Below, in pieces: positions 27,886 to 36,129 of a DNA stretch of 57,818 nt. Each line of letters begins with the position of its first letter. Within the stretch, counting starts at the first letter, position 1. This stretch comes from a virus. Its lineage: Duplodnaviria; Caudoviricetes. Below the pieces are notes generated by a model. The model saw nothing but the letters and a program-made list of their open reading frames with translations. It was not told where the DNA came from and ran no database searches. A program made the position numbers and the translations under genes. The stretch spans positions 1-57,818 of IMG/VR virus record IMGVR_UViG_3300023214_000063; one strand, given 5' to 3'.

Positions 27886-28138
27886 CGGGCACAGGCCCAC
27901 GCTGCGCCAGATAGTGGCCGCTCACGGTGTAGTCGTAGACCTGCTATCGCATGTGGACACAGGCACGCTGACGAAGCTGCTCTACCAGGGGCTGCCCAGG
28001 CAGGAGCCCAGGCACAGGTACAGGCACCAGTCCATGCGAGCTGTCAGGTTCGAGCGCAGCAGAGCGCTGACCGAAGACGGCAAGCTGTCACAGCCCTGCG
28101 ACATACCAGGGGCAGAGCTGCCACGGGGTAGTAGCTGA
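27866..28138 (+). CDS. Hypothetical protein (atypical codon usage)
   Basis: GGGGAG RBS, 90 aa. Confidence 0.35.
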   Translation: MARPGDSGHRPTLRQIVAAHGVVVDLLSHVDTGTLTKLLYQGLPRQEPRHRYRHQSMRAVRFERSRALTEDGKLSQPCDIPGAELPRGSS

Positions 28139-28226
28139 TGGGCAGGAGTGACGGAGTAGGGGTAGGTACTCGCGGGTGGTCGTGCAGTGATAGAAGGAAA
28201 ATGGTTCTTCGGCTCGACAAGGGGTG

Positions 28227-28254
28227 GCGTCTGATAACAGGGGTTATCGGACGG
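28227..28254. other. Symmetric dif-like tyrosine recombinase site
   Basis: GCGTCTGATAA-CAGGGG-TTATCGGACGG has 11-6-11 architecture with ATAA-N6-TTAT core; arms are 9/10 inverted. Confidence 0.7.
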
Positions 28255-28699
28255 GGTGCTCTAAGCCAGGGGTACGGTCATGGAGCCAGGCCAGGGCAGG
28301 AGCTGCTGACGTGTAAGCGACTGCGCTGCCTACTGATGGACGCTTCTGTCGATGTGAGTCGCGACGTGATGCAGCTCGAAAGACAAACCGAAACGTGGTC
28401 GAACAGGAATCGGAACCGCTCCAGCAGCAGCCCTGTGACGCCGCAGCACCACCCCCGGCAGATTCGAAATTCCCGGAAGCCAGCTGGACCCCGCACTGAG
28501 TACCCACGCAAACTAAAAACCGAAACGGGGGGGGTGTGGGGATAGACGTGGCTGGCGATGGCCCAGCGCTCCGCTCGCGCCAGCGGATGGGGGGACGCGG
28601 GTAGTGGGGCAGGTGGGCAGGCGCAGAGCGGCAGAGACAGGCAGGGGGGTTCACGCGGGAACCGGCGTAGGCAAGGTGCGCGGCAAGGGGGTCAGGGTG

Positions 28700-29007
28700 A
28701 TGGAGTACCAGGAAGCGGTGGAGCAGTCGGCGCGGGCGGCGAAGATGGCGATGGAAGGCGAGCTGCGCGACGTGGCCATGGCGCTGTCGTGTCACTTCAG
28801 GGAAGCCACGAAGTTCAGCGACGGGTGGCGGCGACGAAGGTACTGGAAGCGGGGCTGCGGGGCGCGGTAGAGCGTGGACGTCGCGAGACGGCGGCGCAGC
28901 TGGTGGAGCTGGTGGAGCGGTACGGCGACAGGACGCAGAATCGGACGGCGATGCAGGAGCTGGTGGTAGGCCTGAAGCGGCTGGCCGGTGAAGGCAAGGG
29001 GAGCTGA
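28700..29007 (+). pseudogene. Hypothetical gene apparently split by a frameshift near 28790
   Basis: MEYQEAVE...MALS looks coding in one frame and ...EVQRRVAATKVLE...GKGS in the -1 frame. Confidence 0.35.
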
Positions 29008-29014
29008 AAAAAGA

Positions 29015-29308
29015 ATGGCAAAACAAACGAACAAGAATCAGGGCGACGGCAAGCGGCCGCGCTGTCCGATTCACGGTGCTGTGATGGTGGCCGACCAGGA
29101 GCGCCGTGGAAGCTGGTGGTGTTATCCGTGCGCCTGCTGCGGCCACGGCCATCAGGTCGACGACTGCCCGCACTGCCCGAAGCCGGAATGGCCCGCGACG
29201 GTGTACGACCACCTGGACCCGCGCGACGTTCGGGCGTCAGGGTGCGAGCCCAGCCCGAAGCCGCTACTGAAGCGCCTGGGGCTCGCGCTCCGCATCGCCA
29301 GGGGGTGA
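29015..29308 (+). CDS. Cys-rich Zn-binding protein
   Basis: CPIH, CACC and CPHC motifs; GGGGAG RBS. Confidence 0.55.
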   Translation: MAKQTNKNQGDGKRPRCPIHGAVMVADQERRGSWWCYPCACCGHGHQVDDCPHCPKPEWPATVYDHLDPRDVRASGCEPSPKPLLKRLGLALRIARG

Positions 29309-29309
29309 C

Positions 29310-29573
29310 ATGGACAATCGACTGCTGCGCGCGTACCTGGTGGCGATGGCGTCGGAAGCCGGTGGGACGACGACGCTGTCCCAGCTGTGGAAGAAGACGC
29401 GGGGATGGTACGGCGACGTGGTGGCGGCGCTACTCGCGCTCCGGCGTATGGGCATGGTGAAGTTCGACGGCGAGCTACCGACACTCCAGGAGTTGAACGA
29501 AGGAAGCGACGTCGAAGTAACGCTGGCGCGTCGCGAAGACTGGCTGACGCCAGGGGAGCCACAGGAACGATGA
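29310..29573 (+). CDS. Hypothetical (wHTH-like) protein
   Basis: 87 aa. Confidence 0.5.
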   Translation: MDNRLLRAYLVAMASEAGGTTTLSQLWKKTRGWYGDVVAALLALRRMGMVKFDGELPTLQELNEGSDVEVTLARREDWLTPGEPQER

Positions 29574-29917
29574 CGACAGAGACGATGGAACCGAAGTCCG
29601 CGCCGGGTGAAGACGCCTTCGCCGACGACGACTACCGGGTGGTGTGGAAGTTCGGGCCGCTCCGGCTGGGTCCGAACGACCTGGAAATGCAGGAAGGCGC
29701 GCGGCTGCTGAAGTTCGACTGGCAGAAGTCGGCGGACGGCGAGTACAACCGCACGTTCGTGTGGGCGCTGGTGGACCCGACCGCGCCGCTGGTCACCCGT
29801 CGGCTGGCCATTCTCGCCACCGGCACACCGATGACCCAGCCGGGCATCTACGTCGGGACGATTCTGGACGACGACCGACGGCACGTCTGGCACCTGTTCG
29901 ACAAGGGGATGGTCTGA
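29570..29917 (+). CDS. Conserved phage hypothetical protein
   Basis: VWKF...VWALVDP...ATG...YVGT...VWHLF pattern. Confidence 0.6.
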   Translation: MTTETMEPKSAPGEDAFADDDYRVVWKFGPLRLGPNDLEMQEGARLLKFDWQKSADGEYNRTFVWALVDPTAPLVTRRLAILATGTPMTQPGIYVGTILDDDRRHVWHLFDKGMV

Positions 29918-31023
29918 TGGAACGCGAAGCTACGGTCACCGTGTACGTGGAGCCCGGACGCTGGAGCGAAGGCGACCAACTGGCCGCGATGGTGCACGGT
30001 CAGCACCTGGTCGTCCGGCTCGAACGTTGCACCAGCACGGCGGCGAGCGGCTACGGGCCGGAAGGCTGGTCGGCGACAGCGCTGGGCAGGGGGAATCACC
30101 AGTCGAACCCACAGGCGTACGGCCCGCTGTCGAAGACGCCGGAGTCGTGGCGCGATGGGTCGTTCCGGCGCGAGTCTGCGGACGTCATCGACGCGGAAGT
30201 CATCGACGAAGACGAACCCGAAGGCCAGGCTGAAGTCAAGTACAGCCACGCGGATGACGACACCGGCGTGGACGTGGCGACCGTCGCGGGCACACCGGTT
30301 AGCGCTGCGCTGCGGTACGAAGGCCAGGAAGCCATCCTGAAGGCGATGGGTGTCGAGCTGGAAGATTTCCGGGACGAACACGTCGAAGGTGAAGGCGGCA
30401 GGCACGTCATCACGATGGCGGGCTGGGAAGAACTGGGCGACAAGGTGCGCGAGTACCACCACCGGGAGCGCGATTTCGAGTGGTTCACTCTGGTGGCCGC
30501 GCACATCGGCCAGCGCCCGCAGTCGTTCGACCACGCGAAGGCGATACTGCTTCGGACTGGGCATCGGCTGGGAACACTGGAGCGGTCAGAAGGGCTCGAA
30601 CAGCTCCGGCAGGGTATCGACCTGGACACCACTGGCGCGCGGGACAAGCTGGAACCGCCGACGCCGGACGAACCGGACGAAGAAGCGGTGCAGCACGACG
30701 CGACCGGAGCTGCCCGCACCCTTCGCGGCGTGTTCGGGATATCAGAAGGCCAGGCGGAAGCGCAGGCAGCGTTCCAGCGCGGCATGGAGCCGATGTACGC
30801 GAAGCTGGCGCAACTCGCCCAGGGTCAGGGCCGCGAGCTGCTACAGCGCCTGAACTGCGCGGGGCCATGCCCGAAGTGCGGCACGACCAGCGGCGAAGCG
30901 AGCCAGTACACGGACGGCGGCCAGCTGTGGCTGCTGAAGTACCTGGACGTCGCGGACGTCATCGCGCGGCAGTGCGTCGTGTGCGGGTACACTGTTCTGG
31001 AACTTCCGGAAGACGCCGCATAG
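29917..31023 (+). CDS. Hypothetical protein with C-terminal Zn ribbon
   Basis: CPKC...CVVCGY, coupled start. Confidence 0.6.
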   Translation: MEREATVTVYVEPGRWSEGDQLAAMVHGQHLVVRLERCTSTAASGYGPEGWSATALGRGNHQSNPQAYGPLSKTPESWRDGSFRRESADVIDAEVIDEDEPEGQAEVKYSHADDDTGVDVATVAGTPVSAALRYEGQEAILKAMGVELEDFRDEHVEGEGGRHVITMAGWEELGDKVREYHHRERDFEWFTLVAAHIGQRPQSFDHAKAILLRTGHRLGTLERSEGLEQLRQGIDLDTTGARDKLEPPTPDEPDEEAVQHDATGAARTLRGVFGISEGQAEAQAAFQRGMEPMYAKLAQLAQGQGRELLQRLNCAGPCPKCGTTSGEASQYTDGGQLWLLKYLDVADVIARQCVVCGYTVLELPEDAA

Positions 31024-31043
31024 GCGGCAAGGGGAACACGGCT

Positions 31044-32591
31044 ATGGACTGGACACAGCTACTGAAAGACGCGCGCCTGGCGAACCTGACGGACCCCAGG
31101 GGCTGGCCGATGCAGGGAAGCATCGTCGACGTGGAGTGGACACAGCACGGGCTCTGTATGCGGTACACGGGAACCAACGCCTGGCAGTCGAAGAAGCAGC
31201 AGTCCGGGCGCTTCATCTACGGCAACTTCGTGGCCGTGGTGATGATCCAGGGCGAGCCGGTTATGGGCACGTTCGAGTGGGCCGCCGACGGGCCGGACGG
31301 AACGCTCCAGGAGTGCAAGGGCCAGGCGGGCGACACCGTCGACGCCGTGAACTTCGTACCCCGGTTCGAGGAATCCGGCCAGCCGTCGAAGGTGATGCAG
31401 CCGGGCGAAGAACTGCTGCTGGCGGTCGCCGCGCCCTGCCGCTACCACACCACCCCGGCGAAGCACGGCCTGACGCCCGTGCGGACGTCCTGGGCCATCG
31501 TGAAGTGGGGTCAGAACGGCGTGCTGGGCCAGGTCGACGAAACGGGTGGCGCTCCGGAGACGGTCCCGGCCCATGGACCGATGCTGGACCTGATGGCGTT
31601 CCGCCGTCGTGATTCGCTGCGACTCGCGGGCGAGTTCATCGACCTGGGCGCGACGGCCATCGGGTTCGGTGCGCTGCCGCTGGGAACGAACTGGACGATT
31701 CCCGAAGCCAGGAACAACCCGGTGCCGTTCCAGGGCCACGACGTCGACCGGCTGAAGCCGTGGTACAGGAAGACCATGGACGATGTCGTCGACGCGCTGG
31801 TGGCGGCAGGAGCCCGTCCGGTCATCTACGGCATGGGGTTCCCCATCGTCCGGCGCGGGTTCGTTCCGGACATCCACCGGGGCGGCACCACGTTCACGAA
31901 CCTGGACTGGAGCCTGTGGCGTCCGGACGGCGAGCTGGTGAAGTGGTATCAGGAGTTCTGGCGCGACCAGGTCGTGGAGCCGTACGCGGATGTGGCCGAC
32001 TTCGTCGACGGTGTCGAGCCGTTCACGAACCAGATGGCCCAGCCACCGAACCGGTTTACGGAGTCCGTCCAGGCCGTCACGCCCGGCGTTATGCGCGCGG
32101 GTGTGGACGAACTGCACTACGACCCCGGCGTGGAACCCATCTTCGGCAGCGAGCGCGCCCGCGTGTTCGACGGCTGGGGCCAGGGCACCGACCGCAGGTG
32201 GAAGTTCACCGACGCGGACGGGAACAGGGTGCGGCTGAACCTGGCCGGGCTGTCGGGAGCCGGGAACGACCGCGACTCCGAAGGCCGTCTGGTGCTGAAC
32301 CAGGTGGAAGCCGAAAAGAAGGAAGCCACGTACTTCGCCCAGCGCTTCCGGGAGTCGGCGGCGCAGGGCGTGGAGTTCTTCCTGTACCTGTACACGCTCC
32401 CCTGGCCTGTCGGTACGCACGCCGACGCGGTCAACCAGAACACCAGGCCGGGACTGTTCTGGAGCGACGACGGGCCGTTTACGCGCATCCAGAAGCGTCT
32501 GTCGAACGTGGCGGACCGGCTGCGCGAGCGCCTGAACGGCGACGATGGTGGAGACGATGACGACGACGGACACACCGACGACTGCGAGTGA
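31044..32591 (+). CDS. Hypothetical protein, C-terminal half possibly glycoside-hydrolase-like
   Basis: AAGGGG RBS; aromatic-rich alternating pattern (GARPVIY, DGVEP, DELHY, FFLYLY). Confidence 0.5.
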   Translation: MDWTQLLKDARLANLTDPRGWPMQGSIVDVEWTQHGLCMRYTGTNAWQSKKQQSGRFIYGNFVAVVMIQGEPVMGTFEWAADGPDGTLQECKGQAGDTVDAVNFVPRFEESGQPSKVMQPGEELLLAVAAPCRYHTTPAKHGLTPVRTSWAIVKWGQNGVLGQVDETGGAPETVPAHGPMLDLMAFRRRDSLRLAGEFIDLGATAIGFGALPLGTNWTIPEARNNPVPFQGHDVDRLKPWYRKTMDDVVDALVAAGARPVIYGMGFPIVRRGFVPDIHRGGTTFTNLDWSLWRPDGELVKWYQEFWRDQVVEPYADVADFVDGVEPFTNQMAQPPNRFTESVQAVTPGVMRAGVDELHYDPGVEPIFGSERARVFDGWGQGTDRRWKFTDADGNRVRLNLAGLSGAGNDRDSEGRLVLNQVEAEKKEATYFAQRFRESAAQGVEFFLYLYTLPWPVGTHADAVNQNTRPGLFWSDDGPFTRIQKRLSNVADRLRERLNGDDGGDDDDDGHTDDCE

Positions 32592-32733
32592 AGTGGCCGT
32601 CCGGGTCCGCGACTTCTGCCGGGCGCTGAAGGCGCGGGTGGTGTCGGTGTCGGGTCCGGGCGCTCGCGACCTGCTGGAGCGCCTGGACCTGCCGTACGAA
32701 GTGAAGGTGGACGATGAACAGCCAGTCAGCTGA
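32557..32733 (+). CDS. Hypothetical protein
   Basis: GGAG RBS, overlaps neighbours. Confidence 0.4.
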   Translation: MTTTDTPTTASEVAVRVRDFCRALKARVVSVSGPGARDLLERLDLPYEVKVDDEQPVS

Positions 32734-33130
32734 AGTCTTCTGCTCGAAGTGCGGCCGCCAGCTTGCGACCCATCGCCACCGGGACGGCCAGAACGGTCAG
32801 CAGCGTCACTACGTCGGGCCGTGCCCGAACTGTCAGGGTGAAGGCGTCCACCAGCTCGACATCCGCGAAGAAGTCCGGTGCTCGGATTGTGGCGGGGTCG
32901 TTCACCTGGTTCCGGGTGACGTGCTGGTCATCGAAGTCAGGGGCACCGTTACGAACGACCAGGCGGCCGCGCTCGCGTATGCGCTTCACAAGGTGACCAG
33001 CGCGGGCGTTACGGTCCTGCTGCAGCATGAAGGCTGGAACATCGAAAAGGCGGACGAAGACTTCATGCAGATGTGCGGCTGGGTTCGCGACCCGAAGTGG
33101 GTCAGGCCCGACAACGAACGACCCATGTAG
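32714..33130 (+). CDS. Zn-binding hypothetical protein
   Basis: CSKC, CPNC and CSDC motifs. Confidence 0.55.
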   Translation: MNSQSAEVFCSKCGRQLATHRHRDGQNGQQRHYVGPCPNCQGEGVHQLDIREEVRCSDCGGVVHLVPGDVLVIEVRGTVTNDQAAALAYALHKVTSAGVTVLLQHEGWNIEKADEDFMQMCGWVRDPKWVRPDNERPM

Positions 33131-33139
33131 GGGGAGTCA

Positions 33140-33550
33140 ATGACCATCGAAGCAGGTGTGGACCACGGCGACGACGACCGGACCGTGGTCGAAATCACGC
33201 TGACGTGCGAGCCCGAAGACGTCTTCCGGATGTTGATGGGCGCGATACTGAAGTCCGCGCAGGAGCTGGACCCGGACCTGGCCGACCAGGTGACCGACGG
33301 GTGGACGGAGCGCGATGCGCTGCAGGCGGCGCTGCGGGCGGCCCAGCGAACCAGCGACCACTTCCAGTCGGAGCTGCGGGAAGAACGTGCCCTGGCGAAC
33401 CATGGCGCGGAGCTGGTGGGACGCCTGGCGGACCTGCTGTTCCCGGAGTGGCGGAAGTATGGGTGGCTCGACTACGACGAAGTCCTGGACGACGACCAGC
33501 GCGAACTGCTGCGCGCGGTCCAGGAGTTCACCGGCCAGCCCGAAGACTGA
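33140..33550 (+). CDS. Hypothetical acidic protein
   Basis: GGGGAG RBS, 136 aa. Confidence 0.6.
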   Translation: MTIEAGVDHGDDDRTVVEITLTCEPEDVFRMLMGAILKSAQELDPDLADQVTDGWTERDALQAALRAAQRTSDHFQSELREERALANHGAELVGRLADLLFPEWRKYGWLDYDEVLDDDQRELLRAVQEFTGQPED

Positions 33551-33819
33551 TGTGGAAGCCGCTGTGGCTCCGGAAGCGCGACGCCGTAAACCTGCTACGT
33601 TCGCGCCAGGCGAAGCTGCATGGCCTGCTGATGCTGAAGGCGCTGCAGGAGTATCGGCACTTCAGTAGGATGCCTGGCGCGGAGTGGAAGGCCATGGCCC
33701 AGGTCGCCCAGGCGAAGCGCGAGCTACGGAGCGCCGCGAAGCTGGCGATACCGCTGGTCTGGCCCTGGCGACGATTCTTCGACTTGACGATGCGACGACT
33801 ACGGGAGCGCTCGAAGTGA
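33550..33819 (+). CDS. Hypothetical basic protein
   Basis: TGATG coupling. Confidence 0.45.
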   Translation: MWKPLWLRKRDAVNLLRSRQAKLHGLLMLKALQEYRHFSRMPGAEWKAMAQVAQAKRELRSAAKLAIPLVWPWRRFFDLTMRRLRERSK

Positions 33820-34250
33820 TAAACGAACACACCATCATCGGGAACCTGGGCCGTGACGCCGAAGTCCGCTACACGGCTTCAGGGACGGCCGTGGTGAACT
33901 TCACCGTGGCCACCAGGCGCAGCTGGAAAGACCGCGACTCCGGCGAGTGGAAGGAAGAAACCCAGTGGCACCGGGTCGTGGCCTGGGGTCGGCTCGCGGA
34001 GCGCATCGGGCAGAAGTGGTCGAAAGGCGACCTGGTGTACGTCAAGGGCGAGCACCAGTATTCCCAGTGGGAAGACCGCGAAGGGAACACGCGCGACCAG
34101 TCGGAGATTCGCGCCGACGTGTGCCGGATGCTGAAGCCGAAGAACCCGGACCAGCAGCCGCGCCAGAACGACCCGCGAACCGGCAACCAGGGTCAGACGA
34201 AGGGCCAGGCGGGCGGCGCACCGTACACGGATGACGACATCCCGTTCTAG
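33816..34250 (+). CDS. ssb: Single-stranded DNA-binding protein
   Basis: IIGNLGRDAEVRYT, TQWHRVVAWG, KGDLVYVKG and C-terminal DDIPF. Confidence 0.95.
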   Translation: MINEHTIIGNLGRDAEVRYTASGTAVVNFTVATRRSWKDRDSGEWKEETQWHRVVAWGRLAERIGQKWSKGDLVYVKGEHQYSQWEDREGNTRDQSEIRADVCRMLKPKNPDQQPRQNDPRTGNQGQTKGQAGGAPYTDDDIPF

Positions 34251-34251
34251 C

Positions 34252-34282
34252 TTGTCTGGAGCCGTAAACACTCTGTATACTT
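34252..34282 (+). promoter_or_regulatory. Putative late-region promoter overlapped by the same operator as 9812-9830
   Basis: TTGTCT (34252) - 18 bp - TATACT (34276); GTAAACACTCTGTATACTT. Confidence 0.6.
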
Positions 34283-34321
34283 CGCCGTGTCGCCACCTTC
34301 CCGACGACATGGGGTTCACAG

Positions 34322-34474
34322 ATGTTCGAGCTGGTCGCGTTCACGGTCGTGCTGGTGGCGGTTCCTTTCATCATGCTGGAGCTGGAGTCCCGCGCGTGGC
34401 GCACGACGGCCCAGGAAGTGCTGCAGGTGCTGGATGACGCGGCCCGGCAGTGTGCTACCATCAGGCCGCGCTGA
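34322..34474 (+). CDS. Small membrane protein (50 aa, not in ORF track)
   Basis: MFELVAFTVVLVAVPFIMLE..., preceded by GGGGTTCA. Confidence 0.5.
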   Translation: MFELVAFTVVLVAVPFIMLELESRAWRTTAQEVLQVLDDAARQCATIRPR

Positions 34475-34524
34475 CGTTCGGGGCTACTCCCGACAGCCAT
34501 TCCCAGCCTGAACCCCTGGAAGGG

Positions 34525-34562
34525 GAACGGCCCGGAGTCTCACGGCTCCGGGCCGTTCTTTT
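34525..34562 (+). terminator. Intrinsic terminator immediately upstream of terL
   Basis: 13 bp stem GAACGGCCCGGAG/CTCCGGGCCGTTC followed by TTTT. Confidence 0.75.
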
Positions 34563-34564
34563 GT

Positions 34565-35887
34565 ATGCTGTCGGACATGAAGCCGACGCCGCGACCAGAC
34601 CAGCGCCCCATCCTCGAAGCGCCCGAACGCTTCCTGGTCATCAACGCGGGTCGCCGTTACGGCAAAGACTGGATGGCGTCCTACAGGCTCGCGCGGCAGG
34701 TCGACAAATACTGGGGCGGCCGCGACCTGAAGTGGGACGGTCGACGGCTCTACTGGATCATTGCGCCGACGAAAGACCAGGCGGCCATCTGTCGAAACGA
34801 ACTGCTGCGGCTCCTGCCGGACGGCACGTTCAAGACCTGGCGCACCACCCGTAAAATCATGTTCCGGGACAACGCACCAGGAACCCCGTTCGACGAAAAC
34901 CACTGCACGGTTATCGACATCAAGTCGGCGAAAGATGACCGGATTCTTCGCGGCCCGGACCTGTGCGGCCTGGTGTTCAGCGAGTTCGCCCACATCATGG
35001 GGAATCAGGATTTATGGGCGAGCCTTCGGCCGACGCTCGCGCTGCCACATGCGTCCGACCCTGGCGTCCTGGGGTGGGGCTGGTTCTACTCGAACCCGAA
35101 CAAGGTGGGCCGGGAATACTTCGCGACCCTGGCCGACGTCGCGCAGGACAAGCAGCAGCGGAACTGGGTGTACTTCCACCGGACGTCGCTGGACAATCCG
35201 AACTTCGACCCGCAGGAAATCGACGATGCCCAGTCCGAAGGGATGTCGAACAGGGACGTGCGGGTGGAGTATTTCGCGGAGTTCCTGGACGAAGGCTGGG
35301 GCGCTCTGCCGCCGTGGTCGTCCGTCCTGATTCCTGACGCGGAAGAATGGGAACCGTACGACGAACACGGGTACTACGTCTTCGGTGTCGACCTGGCGCG
35401 AGTGAAAGACTATACGGCCATCGTGGGCCTACGTATCGACGTTCAGCCGTGGCGCATGGTCTACTATCGCCGCATCCAGCAGATGGACTGGCAGGGCCAG
35501 GTGGACGAAATCACCCAGCTGCTTCAGCGGTACGGTGATGCGCCCTGCAGCGTTGACCAGTCCGGCGTCGGCGACCCTATCTACGAACTGCTGGTGAAGG
35601 CAGGCTGTCGCGTGTATGGGGTCAACATGCACAGCATCCAGTCACGGAACGCGCTGGTGGAGCGCCTGATAGCTGAAGCCGAACAGAAGAAGTTTCAGAT
35701 ACCAGAGCGCGCGGAACAGGTCGACCAGCTCCGGCGCGAGTGGCAGGCGTTCGGCGGCCAGCCGACACCGTCGGGTCGGATACGATACGCCGGGGTGAAC
35801 AACCAGAACGATGACTCCGTCTTCGCGCTCGCGCTTGCGGTCGACCGGGCGATGGGCATGGGACAGCCGAACGTATGGGTGGTATGA
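34565..35887 (+). CDS. terL: Terminase large subunit
   Basis: AGRRYGKD Walker A, IIAPT, LRG, FSEFAH Walker B, SNP, FGVDLAR..DYT and NDDSVFALAL nuclease motifs. Confidence 0.93.
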   Translation: MLSDMKPTPRPDQRPILEAPERFLVINAGRRYGKDWMASYRLARQVDKYWGGRDLKWDGRRLYWIIAPTKDQAAICRNELLRLLPDGTFKTWRTTRKIMFRDNAPGTPFDENHCTVIDIKSAKDDRILRGPDLCGLVFSEFAHIMGNQDLWASLRPTLALPHASDPGVLGWGWFYSNPNKVGREYFATLADVAQDKQQRNWVYFHRTSLDNPNFDPQEIDDAQSEGMSNRDVRVEYFAEFLDEGWGALPPWSSVLIPDAEEWEPYDEHGYYVFGVDLARVKDYTAIVGLRIDVQPWRMVYYRRIQQMDWQGQVDEITQLLQRYGDAPCSVDQSGVGDPIYELLVKAGCRVYGVNMHSIQSRNALVERLIAEAEQKKFQIPERAEQVDQLRREWQAFGGQPTPSGRIRYAGVNNQNDDSVFALALAVDRAMGMGQPNVWVV

Positions 35888-35903
35888 ACATGGGGGAGCC
35901 GAC

Positions 35904-36125
35904 ATGCTGACACCGACGCTCGCGGGCCTGGTGGCACTGACGTACCTGGTCTTCGCGGTCTTCAGCGCCGTCATCGCGTGGTTCACGCGGACTCGAGCTA
36001 ACAGCACATGGCTGGCGCGGTTCGTCTGGTGGCACGGCGCGCTGTTCGTCGTCCTGGTGCTAGGTGGCGGGACGCTGGCGCTGGTAGCATGGGTCGCGAC
36101 CTGGATAGGCAACCTACTGGTGTAG
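35904..36125 (+). CDS. Small two-TM membrane protein
   Basis: GGGGAG RBS, two hydrophobic helices. Confidence 0.55.
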   Translation: MLTPTLAGLVALTYLVFAVFSAVIAWFTRTRANSTWLARFVWWHGALFVVLVLGGGTLALVAWVATWIGNLLV

Positions 36126-36129
36126 CTGA

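Noticed and set aside
28138-28545. 135 aa ORF across the dif-like site
   Set aside because: Atypical codon usage and no motifs; more likely non-coding.
30480-31043. Extended N-termini in the ORF track (e.g. 703 aa from 30480; also 7493, 19779, 47784, 49770)
   Set aside because: They overlap upstream genes in other frames; downstream starts with an RBS or stop-start coupling fit better.
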